Program-made: the position numbers and the translations under genes
In this document: piece by piece, positions 40,871 through 53,225 of the stretch
Position numbering within the stretch: the first letter of the stretch is position 1
How the letters are laid out: every line of letters starts with the position of its first letter
From: Epiperipatus broadwayi
Taxonomy: Eukaryota > Animalia > Onychophora
Length of the DNA: 64,000 nt
Reading direction: 5' to 3'
NCBI GenBank assembly: GCA_028023455.1
Contig: JAQFVV010000005.1
Coordinates: 806,001 to 870,000 of the forward strand
Notes under the pieces: generated by a model
Told to the model about the DNA's origin: nothing
The model's input: only the letters and a program-made list of their open reading frames with translations
Database searches by the model: none

Positions 40871-43800
40871 GATGAAACACAGTTTTCAGATTTATCTACA
40901 TATGTGTAGTTAACTTGTTATCATAATTACACCATTAATATTTTAGCTGTATTTCACTGTATTTACAAGAGCAAAAATGCTGATACAGTTGAATTACTAA
41001 TCTCTAGCAAGTTACTGAGCCACTATTATTATCCAGATGATGACAGGTTAAGGTCCTTCTATCAATCTAAGGAAGTGCAAAGAAGGAGAACGCAATACTC
41101 TCAAAGCTTACTTATAGAAGGTAGCTAGCTGATCAAAAATTAGATGGCTAGCTAATTCGATTATTGGCCAGTTAGTTATTTAGACAAAAAAATAAATAAA
41201 TCCTAAACCTCTTTAGGACCAGAAAAAAATTCAGCTTTATCTGAACCAGATTTAAATTCCTGATCATCGGCATGGTAGCTGGATACAATAAGCAATAAGC
41301 ATAACACTTTTTATTAGAATACAGTACATATAAATTCCAAGTACCAATAGAACATCACAAAAAACAAAAAAAAAAATCAGCTAGCTATTTCATCTTTCCT
41401 TTTTAACAAATCTTCAGAAAAAATGTACCCTTTTTTCATATTTCATTTCATTAATTTATCAAACTTTCTATTATCTCTAAGCTAAAAAAAACATTCTTTG
41501 AATGTTTCTTTTTTTTTAATTAAAAAAATAAATAAGTAGACATCAACAGATTTAAAATTATCATACTTTGATTTACAGCATTCCAAAAAATAGTGCTATG
41601 TGATTTTTTTGTTGTTATTTTAAAATAGTGCAGTGAAAGAAAGAAAAAAGATACAAACCTTGATTAAAACTGTGGCCTGATTAAAATGAATAAAATTGTT
41701 AACTGAGAAGAGTGAACAATTAATAATAGATAAAAACAGCAACAAAAAAAAAAATAAAAATGAATATATAAATTCCCAGTGTGAAAATCGATATTAACAA
41801 TGACAGCTAATTTGTACAATTTAAATGAAAAGTAAAATTTTCCATTTCCATAAAATCTAAAAATATACAATGCTGTCTTGACCTTCTTTTAAATTCATTT
41901 AACCAATTCTTATTTCAAAAATATCTGAGCCTCATTTTTTAAAAAAATCACAAGAAAGCTATGGGTTATGATCAATAAAAGCCTCTCTTTTAATTTAAAT
42001 AAAATGCCATATCTTAAAAAGTTATGGAAATGTAAACATTATTTTTCATTCATACAATCTAAATAAATGACTGAGATTTTACATTTTTCTGAAGAAAACC
42101 CAGTTATTATGGAGGTGGGACATTATGAAAGAAAACATTTCATAAACAAATTTGTTGAGATTTGTGACATCATTCACATTAACCAATCTGTTCAAAGTAA
42201 ACAAGTTACAAGAAATATAATCAAGCAAGATAAAAATTTTTTTTAGATCGTCACTTATATAGTTTGTTTATATACAATTCTCTAGTTTAAAAGAATGACG
42301 AAAAAAAATTGTCATGTCAAAATAATAAAATATAGATATTGAGTGTAATGCACTGATGAAGTACTTGAATTGTGTCGTAACTTTTGGTGCATTCAAACCT
42401 GTAATTATTGAAAAATATTTGAAAGATTAAATGTCAAGCATGAAGTTATTTGCATATCACTTTATATTAAAATTTATCATTAAAGGGCACTGTCATTTTC
42501 AAAGGTACTTTCACCATGGATTTAAAAATATTCCAGCTATAACAAAATACAATTTATTGTAAAATATAATAAAAAAATCAGTATAATAGTTTCTTCAATT
42601 TTGCTATAAACTGTACATTTTCAACTTTGACTTCCTGTTTTATCATATTTTGAAGTTAGACATCATGCAATTTATTCGGTGGTAAATCCTTCAGTACAGT
42701 AATGTGAATATAAATATTTAAATATTATAAATTGTTTTATACATATAATATTTTTATAATAGTGTATACTGTTTTGAGAAAGACAATTATATAGTAGAAA
42801 CTGTCAGCTAATTTGGAAAATTAAATAAAATATTGGTGCATAAACTAATATATTAATATAATTTTGTTATATCAGTATTAATATGAAAATCTACAAATAA
42901 TGTATTGGAAATATTTTTTTTTTTGCAAAAATAAAAACAAAAACAAATCAAAGCTTCTAAATACAAATTTTTAACTACTTACAATAAGTAAATAAATTAA
43001 AATAAATTCTAACAATACATTAATAATTATAACCAAAGTAGAATAAAACTAGAGAAATAAAAATACTAGCAAAATTTTCTCAAGTGAAACTGTTAACAAA
43101 ATACACATGTAAAAACATACAATAACTACTCACATTTCAAAACAATCACCAATCACCCCTAAAATTTAAAACAAATTCTCATAAGATTGATGTCCTTAGA
43201 TCAATACATTCATAGAAGGCAACATTTGCATCACTAAACAATATATTCATGAAAGTATATGACTGAACTACTTCTAATGATACTTTTATAAACTTTTAAC
43301 TTTTTCATAGACATAACTTATTTTCACCTATATATATATCTTGAAATAGCTGCATAGAATTTTATAAATATTTATGAACATAATACTTACCTTAAAATAT
43401 GATTTGACTAAACAAAGATTGTCTTTTAAGAATGTAAATAAATTTTTAAAAGGATCAAAGAGATTTTACTGATTAATCATTTTCGAATTGGGGTCATCAA
43501 TCTTATAATTGTCATAACATTAGGGGTAAATGGCAATTGTTGCAAATTATAGTTAGTTTTTTTTTTTTGTATTTATATGTATGTTTTACTAGACTTCACT
43601 TGAGAAGATCTATTTTTTAATAGACAAAACCATGATTGTGATAAATATTTTAATTTTGCTAGTATTTTTATTCTATTACATTTATGCTAATGTTTCCGTT
43701 CAAAGATAGATTAACTAGACATTAGCTTATTACAGTCAAGTGATAATAATTGATCAGATATTGAATAGTTTGCTACTGCCTGCAATATTAACGTGCATAA

Positions 43801-46800
43801 ATCTATGATAAAATCTGAAGGGCAAATAAGCAAGCCATGAAAATATTTCTATAATTTTCTAGGGTTTACACCTTTTCTAATCCAAATTGTAAATGGCTAT
43901 CACTATAACACAAACTCTTAATTGTCATGATGATTATCCAAGTGTTATAATAACATAAGATTGCATTCGTAGTACAAAAGTTGTACAAGCAAAGACTAAA
44001 CAACATAAAATATTAAAAAAAAAAAAGCAACGGCAAACAATTACTGTATATGTATTTTAAATGATAGTTTATAAAACAAACAAAAAAAATTACAAATACC
44101 TATTTTTAAGAACATTATTATAAAGAAAAATTTATGTAAACAATTAAAATATCATAAAAAAAAAAAATCTGATTTATTTCTTGGGAGTTCACATGGAAGT
44201 CTGAGCACTGAAAATGACAAGCGTTAATTTAGGAACCTTAAAAGTTCTACAATCTACCAATGCATCAAATCTTGTGGGGATATATATTTTAAGCAGTATG
44301 AGTTTATAAAACAAAAGTAATAAATACACCTAACTTTTAATTTTAAGAACATTATTAAAAATAAAAATTTGTGTAAATAATTAAAATATACTAAAAAATT
44401 ATCTGATGGTTTATTACTTGGAAGTTTATAAATTTAAACATTGGAGATGACAGAGCCAAACCTGATCCATGGATCTTGAGTTCCAGTATCTGCCATTCTA
44501 TAGCTGCACTACATCAATGCAAAGTTATTGAAATATATTTAATTATCTATTTACTTATGTAAATGATCTTCCAAATATACAAAATTATTAAACATAAATA
44601 TACATATGAATAATAATAAATCATATGGAAGATTGTGTGATTCCAAATTCCAAAGTGATGAGTGCAATAATTCCATTCTGTTAATAATACTGAGATTACT
44701 TTTACTTAGTTGAGAATCAATTCAGGAACCTCAAGCTTTTGAATCCATTACTCTATCACTATGGTGAACTGCACAGGGCACATGCTAATAAAATTTGTAT
44801 TTCTAAAGTTTTCTTTATGCTGCTGATATTGAGAAGTATATAAAGTTATACAAATTATATTCATTTTAAATAGAAGTCACAACTATATTAACTAAAGTTT
44901 ATATATGATTGCAGACTGGTAAAATGAAAATTATATAAATTGCTATCCTCAAATAATATTGGTATAGCTAAAAATTAATTTTATGTTTAACAAAATCATT
45001 TTTATAGCAGTACAGTAATTTCTTCTTGTTTTATTTACTTTTTTTAAAAAAAGAGAATAGATTATGCTTAGTATCATTAAATTGAACTATAGTAGTGTAA
45101 CATTAAAAAAAATGGCCTTATGAAAATGGGATTAGTATTATAATGTTCATGGATTTGGGTTAATTTATGGAATAGAAAATAAAAAATTTTTAGATATAAA
45201 GACCATAGCTAAAACAATCAATAGACAAAGAGTAATTAATGAATATTTATTTATTCTTAGCTGAATGATGATTTAAAAAGAACAAATGATATAATGTCTT
45301 ATTTCTCTAATATAAACTCTGATACTCTAAACAGCTTTGAAGAAGTCTTTTTTCAATTCAAAGATTTGTTTAGTTTATGAACTATCTTCATATTCAGATA
45401 CATTTGGAAGGAAAATAAGAGAAGTAATGGAAAAAATCTAATTTTTTCTAATCAGTATGCTTTGAATTCCAAATATAATTGTAAAAAATGCAGGTAATTT
45501 ATTTTATTTATTGTATTGATATAGTCAATTATTTTGTAATTACTAGATTTATATACGCAGGTTTTGATTATTTTTTTTTATGATTTATATTGTTATTCTT
45601 TGTTAAAATTCATTATTGAACACTAGATGGTTTTATGTCTGAAATAGTTCATTAATGTAATAGATTATTAACATTTGAAAAGGGCACCAAATTAGGTGCT
45701 GAAAAAGGCTTTTTATATATATTAAAAAAATTTAATATTTATACAGCTGTTGTAAAGAATTTATTTTCTGATTATTATTGTGTCCTTAAATATACAATAC
45801 ACTGTAATTCATTTACTTGAACTAATAGCATCCTGTATGTGAATAAAATTATAATACTGCCAACAATAAATTTTATTAAAACATATTTACAAACAAATAT
45901 TTCACAAGAGGCTTGAAACATTATCTTAATAGCAATTTAAAATAGCATGTGCTACTTTAGATATAAATAAAATTATTTCTAATTTTATAAATGTAAAATC
46001 AAAAAAAAAAAGATAAACATTTTTGTGAATAAACTAGTTTAAAAAAAAAAAAAACATATATATATTAAATGAATAAATAATCAAATGGATTTATTGCTCA
46101 AGAATTAGTAACAAGTTTGATGGCCAGAGGTGTTAAAACTGGAATCAATCGGAGGACCTTGCACCCCAGCATCTAACACTCTTATCACCATACCAAACCA
46201 TATAGGGCATTACATATTTATTTATACTAATATTCATGTTAATGTGCAATATATATTTTTCAATATTTTTTTTGTAAACAAAAAAAAAATGGTCACAGTT
46301 ATTTGCAGAGAGACACACCCAATTATTTGCAAGTATATGGGCCTTTAATTAACAAAATATTAAATATCATTCTAGCAAAAAGCTATTAAATGAGAGTACG
46401 CTTATTTTTCATCATCATCACTGTCAACATTACAAGTGCAGACAATGATCATAGGCAAGACTCTGCACACAGTTTCTAAATAAATCTGCTTCCACAGTTT
46501 CAGAATGCTATATGCAATTTTTTGTAGATACATGTATAATAAATATCTGTAAGCATAGTAATCCATACTTATGTTCACATGTATAGATGCAGATATGTAC
46601 TATATATTACGCATATTTAAAATCAAGTCTTTTTAGATAGTATGATTCTTAAATTTAAAAAATTATGTAAAACAAATGCATTATTTATAAATCCTTGATC
46701 AAATATTTTTAAAATTCTAATTTCTCCACCAGAATAATAACCCAAGTTTTCATTATCTAGTACCAATAATTTTAAACTTTGATTATAATACTTTTTACAT

Positions 46801-46849
46801 TTTAGTTATCATTATCATCATTTTCAATCATAATCAATTCTCTACAGGA

Positions 46850-47640
46850 TTAAGCCCAACAATCCAAGTTTAATTCAATTTCTTCAATCCATACCTTCCC
46901 TTCTCCAAATCACTTCAGTAAACTTCTTAATTTAATTTGTCCATCTCATATGTGGTCTTTTTCTAGGTCTTTTACAAACTTCCTGGGGTCAGTTTAATAT
47001 TTCAATCTATTCAACCATAGTCATCTGTTCTAACAACATATCCAACCCAGCCCCATTTCAGCTTCTTAATTCTTTTATTAATGTCAACAACTGTTTGTTC
47101 TCTGGATCCATATATTTGACTTTCAAATCTTTTTATTATCTAACATATATTTACATCTTTTGTAGTATAGTCTAAAATTTTATATTGCTTTTATGTTAAG
47201 CATCCAAAATCTCACATCCATATGTAAAAAATAGTAAAACACATCTATTAAAAACCTTTTCAAACATATAGGCATATTTTCTTTAAAAATTATTTCATTT
47301 CTATCAAAGGCATTTCATCCAAATTTAATTCTAAGATTAATTTAATTCACTATACTTTCATCTGTATTAATAATTCGCCCAAGATATTAATAATATTAAC
47401 TTTAAATTCATGGTTATTATTCTATTTTCTTCTCTGAAAAACCATTAAACATTATTTAGTCTTTTTAGAATTTATCTTTAATCCTACTTTCTAACTTTTA
47501 TCTGATAATAAATATTGTAGCATATCCTGCAGTATTGATTTACAACAACAATCACATCAGCTGCAAAATCTAGATAATTAAATTTTTTTTCATTCCCTTA
47601 TCTTCCCATTTTAATCTTTAAAATACTTGTCATAAAATTG
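46850..47640 (-). mobile_element. RTE-type LINE 3' fragment
   Basis: NYLDFAADV (~47555-47580) and KRPRKRPHMRW (46974-46942). Confidence 0.7.
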
Positions 47641-48292
47641 TTGCAAAAAATTTTGAAGATATGATATAACTCTAACAATGTTAATATTTTTAATGATGAT
47701 GTCGAATATGTATATATATATGCAAGTATATATATATTTAATATAACATAGTTTTCAAATTTAATAATAAAAAAAGAAATACTAAAAACAGATATAAAAT
47801 TTATAAATTTTTAAATATTTATGAATAACTTATTTTATTTATTTGGGAATTTTTTATCACAAATTTTAAAAATTCTAATAATTCTATCAGAATATACTCA
47901 AGTTTTTATTATCTCATATATCTATAATTTTAGATCACAGTTATAAATTTATATCATAATACTTTTTTAATCTGTAAAAGAATAGCAGATAAAGGTACCA
48001 AACTATGAAATGAAAGCTAAAGCATTCATTTTAAATAAAACACAGAATGTTAAAAATCTTATTTCATATCAAAAATTGAAACAAATTCTTAAAGTTGCAC
48101 TTATAAAGAAAGCAAAGCTAAATTAACACATACTTAAATATATAATTACATTATATACAAGAATAAATTATAATATATGTATACCTTAGTTAATATGTAA
48201 TAAAATAAATTCTACAAGAGTATGTAGATAATTATCAACTATTACAGTAATAAATTTTGGAATAAAATTCACTTTTTTTTTCATATGTCAAA

Positions 48293-48363
48293 TGCTTTGA
48301 CCGGGAAACAAACCCGGGCCAGCTGCTTGGAAGGCAGCTATGCTAACCACTAGCCATCAACGC
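48293..48363 (-). pseudogene. Retroposed tRNA-Gly(TCC) pseudogene / SINE-like copy
   Basis: GCGTTGATGGCTAGTGGTTAGCATAGCTGC-CTTCCAA-GCAGCTGGCCCGGGTTTGTTTCCCGGTCAAAGCA. Anticodon TCC, damaged T-loop (B box), followed by a tail and poly(A); 11-bp TSD aaattcacttt (48265-75, 48369-79). Confidence 0.85.
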
Positions 48364-48649
48364 TTGACAAATTCACTTTAGTCATACTTTGGCAAAGATA
48401 CACCATATCGAAAGCCTGGCTTAACAAAGTAATAAATATTGTTTTATACCAAAATTTATTACCATAACAGTTGATAATTTTCTATATACTCTTGTAGAAT
48501 TTATTTTGTTGTAAATATATATAACCACACCCACATACACAAGTGTTCTTATAATTTATAAATGCATAAACTGTTTATAGAATATTTATTTTGCACATAA
48601 TCTAAATTTATAAATGTACTCTATTAATAATTTGATAAACAGCTAATAT

Positions 48650-50390
48650 ATACATAAAAACATTAACAGACAGTAAAGTATAAAAATTAATTTAGAAAAC
48701 GAAGTATAGTTTCAGCATGTTAGCATCATAATCATGACGATCAAAAAATAACAATATTTACTGTTAAAACCCATTTGTTACTTATTTGAATATTATTGGT
48801 TTTCTGATCCATCACATGTTCATTTTGCATAATAAACCAAATTTTTTTGATCACTCTTGTCATTTCTTTCTTCACAAATGACCTGAACAATACCTGGATC
48901 AAATCCATATCGCATATGCTTTCTCATGATTATAAAACACAGATTCAGTTGTAAAATCAGTTTATGCTTTTTTATACATAAGATATTGCTATATCATTAA
49001 TTACCTCATTGTATACATATGGATAATCCAATTGACTCCATATCACATCATATATGACATAAAATTGGTTCAGTTTGATCTTTAGAATTACTGATTTATT
49101 TATTCAAATTTATAAATGTTCTAAGATTCACATTGAACTTATCTACACATGCCACTCCAATCTTATTTCCAATACTCAGTACATACGATAAAGCATCGAT
49201 TTTTTATAATTTTAATTTTTTCCCTTCTTATACATATCTCTTTTAAAATGCTCTGTATATCTACATATATCAATTTTATTAAAATCAGCTATTACCATAT
49301 TAGAAATATAAATTTCCGAATTCTCTATTTTGTCGGACTCAAACCTATACAAACAATTATTTTGATGCAAAAATGTTCTCAATCCTACATATTAATGAAT
49401 TTTGGCATTTGAACTATTACATCACTATCCCTAAAATTAAATGGTCTTAAGTGTCATTTTATAATCCCACAAATTAAGGTTCAGTTTTATTTTTAAATAA
49501 CAAATTTCCTCATTTTTGGAGCTCTTTAATCTAATTTAAATTTCATCTCTTATTTAATTTGTTGTATTATATAGCAACAGTCAAACCATTTAATATTAGG
49601 TATGATAATGAATGTCTAAAGTGCCCAAGTCACAAATATGTGGGTTTAAAAGCATTTTTGCCTTGAAACAACTGTATATACAGGTTTGAGTTTAACAAAA
49701 TTGAGAATTTGGAAATTTATATTTCTGGTAAAGGCTGATTTTAGTAAAATTAATATACATAGATATATAGAATATTCTTAAAAAATATATTATGTATAAG
49801 AAGGAAAAAATTGTAAATGATAAAAAATGAATATAATTAACATATATATCGAGTAATGGAAATAAAACTAGAGTAATATGAGCAGATAATATATAAATTT
49901 GAATAAGAAAATTTGAATAAGTTAATCAATAATACTAAAGATAAAACAGATAAAATGGACCTATCTAATGTCACATATGCTGTGAGGTTTAGGTCAATTA
50001 AACTGTCCATATGTATCCTACAGGAAAACTAAGGTGAATTTGAAGACAAGAATATTGCAGCAGTCATTTATGTACAAAATGCTAAAATTAATTTTATAAA
50101 TGAATCTATAATTTATAATCATGAAAAGGAATATGTATTTGATTTGGGTATTGTCTGAGATGATTTGTGAAGAAAAAAAATGACAGAAAGATCAAAGAAG
50201 TTTGGTTTATTGTGCAAAATGAAGATGTGATAAATCAATGAGCCAGTAATATTCAAATAAGTTAAAAAAAAGCCTTTTAAAATTTTAGCAGTGAAATGTT
50301 TTTTGGTAATAATGGTTATGGTAGTAACACACAGAAAGAATATTTGTTTTTTTAAATTAATTTTATGCTTTATTTTCTGTTATGATGTCT
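48650..50390. repeat. ~1.7-kb imperfect palindrome (~750-bp arms)
   Basis: For example cttatttgaatattattgg / ccagtaatattcaaataag, aaatcagctattacca / tggtaaaggctgattt and gaaatataaatttcc / ggaaatttatatttc. Confidence 0.8.
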
Positions 50391-50769
50391 TTATAATATT
50401 TTCAGTAATGTCAGAAATTCAACCTTTATATATATATATACTTGAAAAAATATAATTCACAAATTCCTATTCTAGTTAACCAATAAGACCCTGATAAGAT
50501 AAGACCATAATTTAAACTTTTTAGTTAACAATTTAATAATAATTATATTTAAATTAATATTAACAAAACATAATTATTAAATAAACAGTAATTTCATTTA
50601 ATAAAAAGTCTATTTTAATTGAAAAGATAAGATTTTAAATCTAGTATCTATATAAGTATGTGGAAACATTCGGAAGCTTATCATCTCAATTTTTCAATGG
50701 CTGATTGTTGATCTTCAGTTCGCTAATGATGACCTTTTGTTATATCTTGCATGTATACCATTATATATG

Positions 50770-51250
50770 TATATAAATACTTCATGGAACAATTACATCT
50801 GAATATGTTGCTAGGACAAATTGCAAGCTGATTCTAAAGAATCATTTTAAAATAAACTTACAAATAAGTTTACCCATTGGCACATCAATAACAATCTATT
50901 CTATCTGTTAAAAGGAGATATCCTCTGTCATCTGACTTTTGACTGTATGTGTTATCCCGAAAATATTGAAACTTTATATTAGCGGTGATCATAGTTTGTA
51001 AATCAAGGAAGCCAGTTTACTCTTTCAAATATTAATTTAAATGAAGTACTAATAATTTTTTCACATATAAATGATTTTTACTGTTGCATAATTACTTAAT
51101 GCTTATGAATATAAATACTTCACGGAACAATCATATCCGAATATGTTATTAGGACAAATTGCAAGTAGATTCTAAAGAACCATTTCAAAATAAACTTCTA
51201 ATTTGTCCTAATAACGTATTTGTATGTGATTGCTCTGTAAAGTATTTATA
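50770..51250. repeat. ~90-bp direct repeat with ~340-bp period plus a short inverted copy
   Basis: tataaatacttca.ggaacaat...aggacaaattgcaag...aaaataaactt at ~50771 and ~51111; inverted aatttgtcctaataac...aagtatttata at 51200-51249. Confidence 0.7.
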
Positions 51251-51442
51251 TTAATAAATGTTAAATATTTGACCAGCAATAAAAATCATTTATGTTCTAT
51301 TAAAATTATTAAGATCACCGTATATGTTCAAGGAGAAAGAGAAAAAAATAATATGTATATTATCAAATATATATTTCAGTTATTAAATTATTCTAAGATA
51401 TACTTTTTCACAACAGTGTAGAAAATGTAAAAAAAATCTTAC

Positions 51443-51732
51443 TTTATAAGAGGGTCCCCATGAGGTAGGGCTAACCAGTCAGCATGTGCCTCCATCATGT
51501 ATGCTTTCATGTCATCTGGTGTACGATCACTAGAAACAAAGATAATTTCAAAAGGTGCTCCTTGATCTACTAAATCATTATAGAAGTCTGAAAGAACTGG
51601 TGTAAACATCCGGCAAGGAGGACACCAATGAGCTGAAAAATATAGTCCAATAATTTTATCTTTCAAAACATCATCTGCTAACACTTCTACACCACTTTTG
51701 CGAATAAGTTTCTTCCCAGCTAAAATATCCAT
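51443..51732 (-). CDS. NXNL2: Nucleoredoxin-like 2 / tryparedoxin-type thioredoxin, first coding exon (MDILAGKK...WCPPC...WLALPHGDPLI)
   Basis: ORF track 51439-51771 shows LYFSAHWCPPCRMFTP and FEIIFVSSD, typical of the nucleoredoxin/tryparedoxin family. ATG at 51732 lies 2 nt after an acceptor (ttttttaatAG, 51736-51735). The exon ends in phase 2 at donor AA|GTAAGA (GT 51442-51441). The symbol is by family resemblance; orthology is untested. Confidence 0.9.
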
Positions 51733-52776
51733 TTCTATTAAAAAATAATAATAATTATTAAATTCCACCAAAAATTTATATTTTAAAATATTTTCTTAAA
51801 TGTATTTAAGAAAAAAATTACAAAGCCTTCTTAAATTTTAAGAAATAAACGTATTCTATATTTGGCTTCCTTATACACCTGCATAATTCTCTCTCTCAGC
51901 CAACTCTTCAAACACTATACATAAATCTGAAACTAGTAAAGATTCCTCATATTTTAATTGCTTCAGACAGTTGCTAAATACAGATAACTAAAATCAACCT
52001 CAAGGTATTACAATTAGTTCATTAGTCAGTGATGAGCATAACCTAGGATTTGAATCTGAATTTGGAGATTTTGCTATATACTTAACTTCTTACACAAGCT
52101 CAGAATTTTGATCAACTATCTATTATTGATCAATATATGCGATAGTAATCTGAGTTGATCAGATAAATAATGAGATTCTGGCCAAAAGCTGTAATAAGAT
52201 GCAATTTTATTCCTAGTGAGGAAATTAGGTATGTCTAAAAAAAAAAGAGCCCCCATAGTTTACCATTCCAGATAATATCATAATATACATTGCATTTTGT
52301 ACCACATGAAGTTGTAATCAGTGCTTATTTCACAATCTTAAAAATGAATTTTTAGAAAGATAAATATCTCTACTATGCTCTTACACATTTCAGAACTCAA
52401 GATCCAACATTGCATCAGCCATTATTTATAGCAGCAAAAATAATTAAAAAATAAAAAAAAGTAATAGATTTTCATTCCATAAATGGGCTTAAATACTTCC
52501 TTTCTTTAGATCATCTTCTTTCATTCTCCCCACTCAAATACTTCTAATAATTAAAATTCATTTATCACTAACAACTTAGTCACTATAATTTCTCCAGTAA
52601 TAGTTCTTTTAATTTATTATTTTCTACACTTGCCTATTTGGCAGACTTTTTCCAGCTTCTTCCATAATGATAATTCAAATACATATGTAGTAGTTCCCCA
52701 TATTCACAACTTTTGATTCCAAACCATATTATGGATATTAAAATTTGCATATCATAATGAATTGTATTATACATGC

Positions 52777-53225
52777 TGGTGACTGGTTCTCTCTCCAATC
52801 TACCTGGAGTACCATCTCTGAATCAATGCATGTGTAAACTATCATATAAACTTTAAAATATTACAATACAACATGAAATGTGTCAGTGTATTTCATATTC
52901 TCATAGATTATTTTCAATATTCTCCTTGTCATGCCAAAATCTTGCAAGAAAATACCTGCAATTCATGACTTCAATGTTATACAGTTTGAATTTTCCAAAT
53001 ATTTCAATATCAGTTTTATCTAATTTAAAACAAAATTCAATATTATTGCATTATTTTATCATGGGATAAGATACAAAATAATACACCCACAATTTTATGT
53101 CGTAACACAAGATCCAGACACTCGTAACACCTCAAAAAGTCTGAGGTGGATAATTAGATAGACTATATAAAACATGCTGATTTAGAGAAGGTGCTACAGG
53201 TAGTTTGGAGAGAGAACCAATCACC
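52777..53225. repeat. Inverted repeat pair (~70-bp arms)
   Basis: ggtgactggttctctctccaatctacctggagtacc / ggtgctacaggtagtttggagagagaaccaatcacc. Confidence 0.7.

Larger units (their letters stand above)
30157..51442 (-). other. 21.3-kb phase-2 GT-AG intron of the NXNL2-like gene
   Basis: Joining 51443 to 30156 restores a contiguous 144-aa thioredoxin fold; no paralogous exon was seen in between. Confidence 0.8.

Noticed and set aside
41037-41120. Frame-preserving plus-strand exon candidate DDRLRSFYQSKEVQRRR...
   Set aside because: Weak donor (GTAGCT), and the start resembles a decayed hammerhead/pLTR motif.
42345-42395. CTGATGA hammerhead-like motif
   Set aside because: GAAA and the NUH triplet are absent and stem II does not pair convincingly.
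45261-45494. Plus-strand exon with in-frame TGA (selenocysteine or readthrough)
   Set aside because: No selenoprotein-like context or SECIS was recognised; the other frames are closed, so it is probably chance or non-coding.
51733-51771. N-terminal extension MVEFNNYYYFLIE in the ORF track
   Set aside because: It starts at a non-ATG codon and reads through the pyrimidine tract and acceptor; family members begin at about MDIL.
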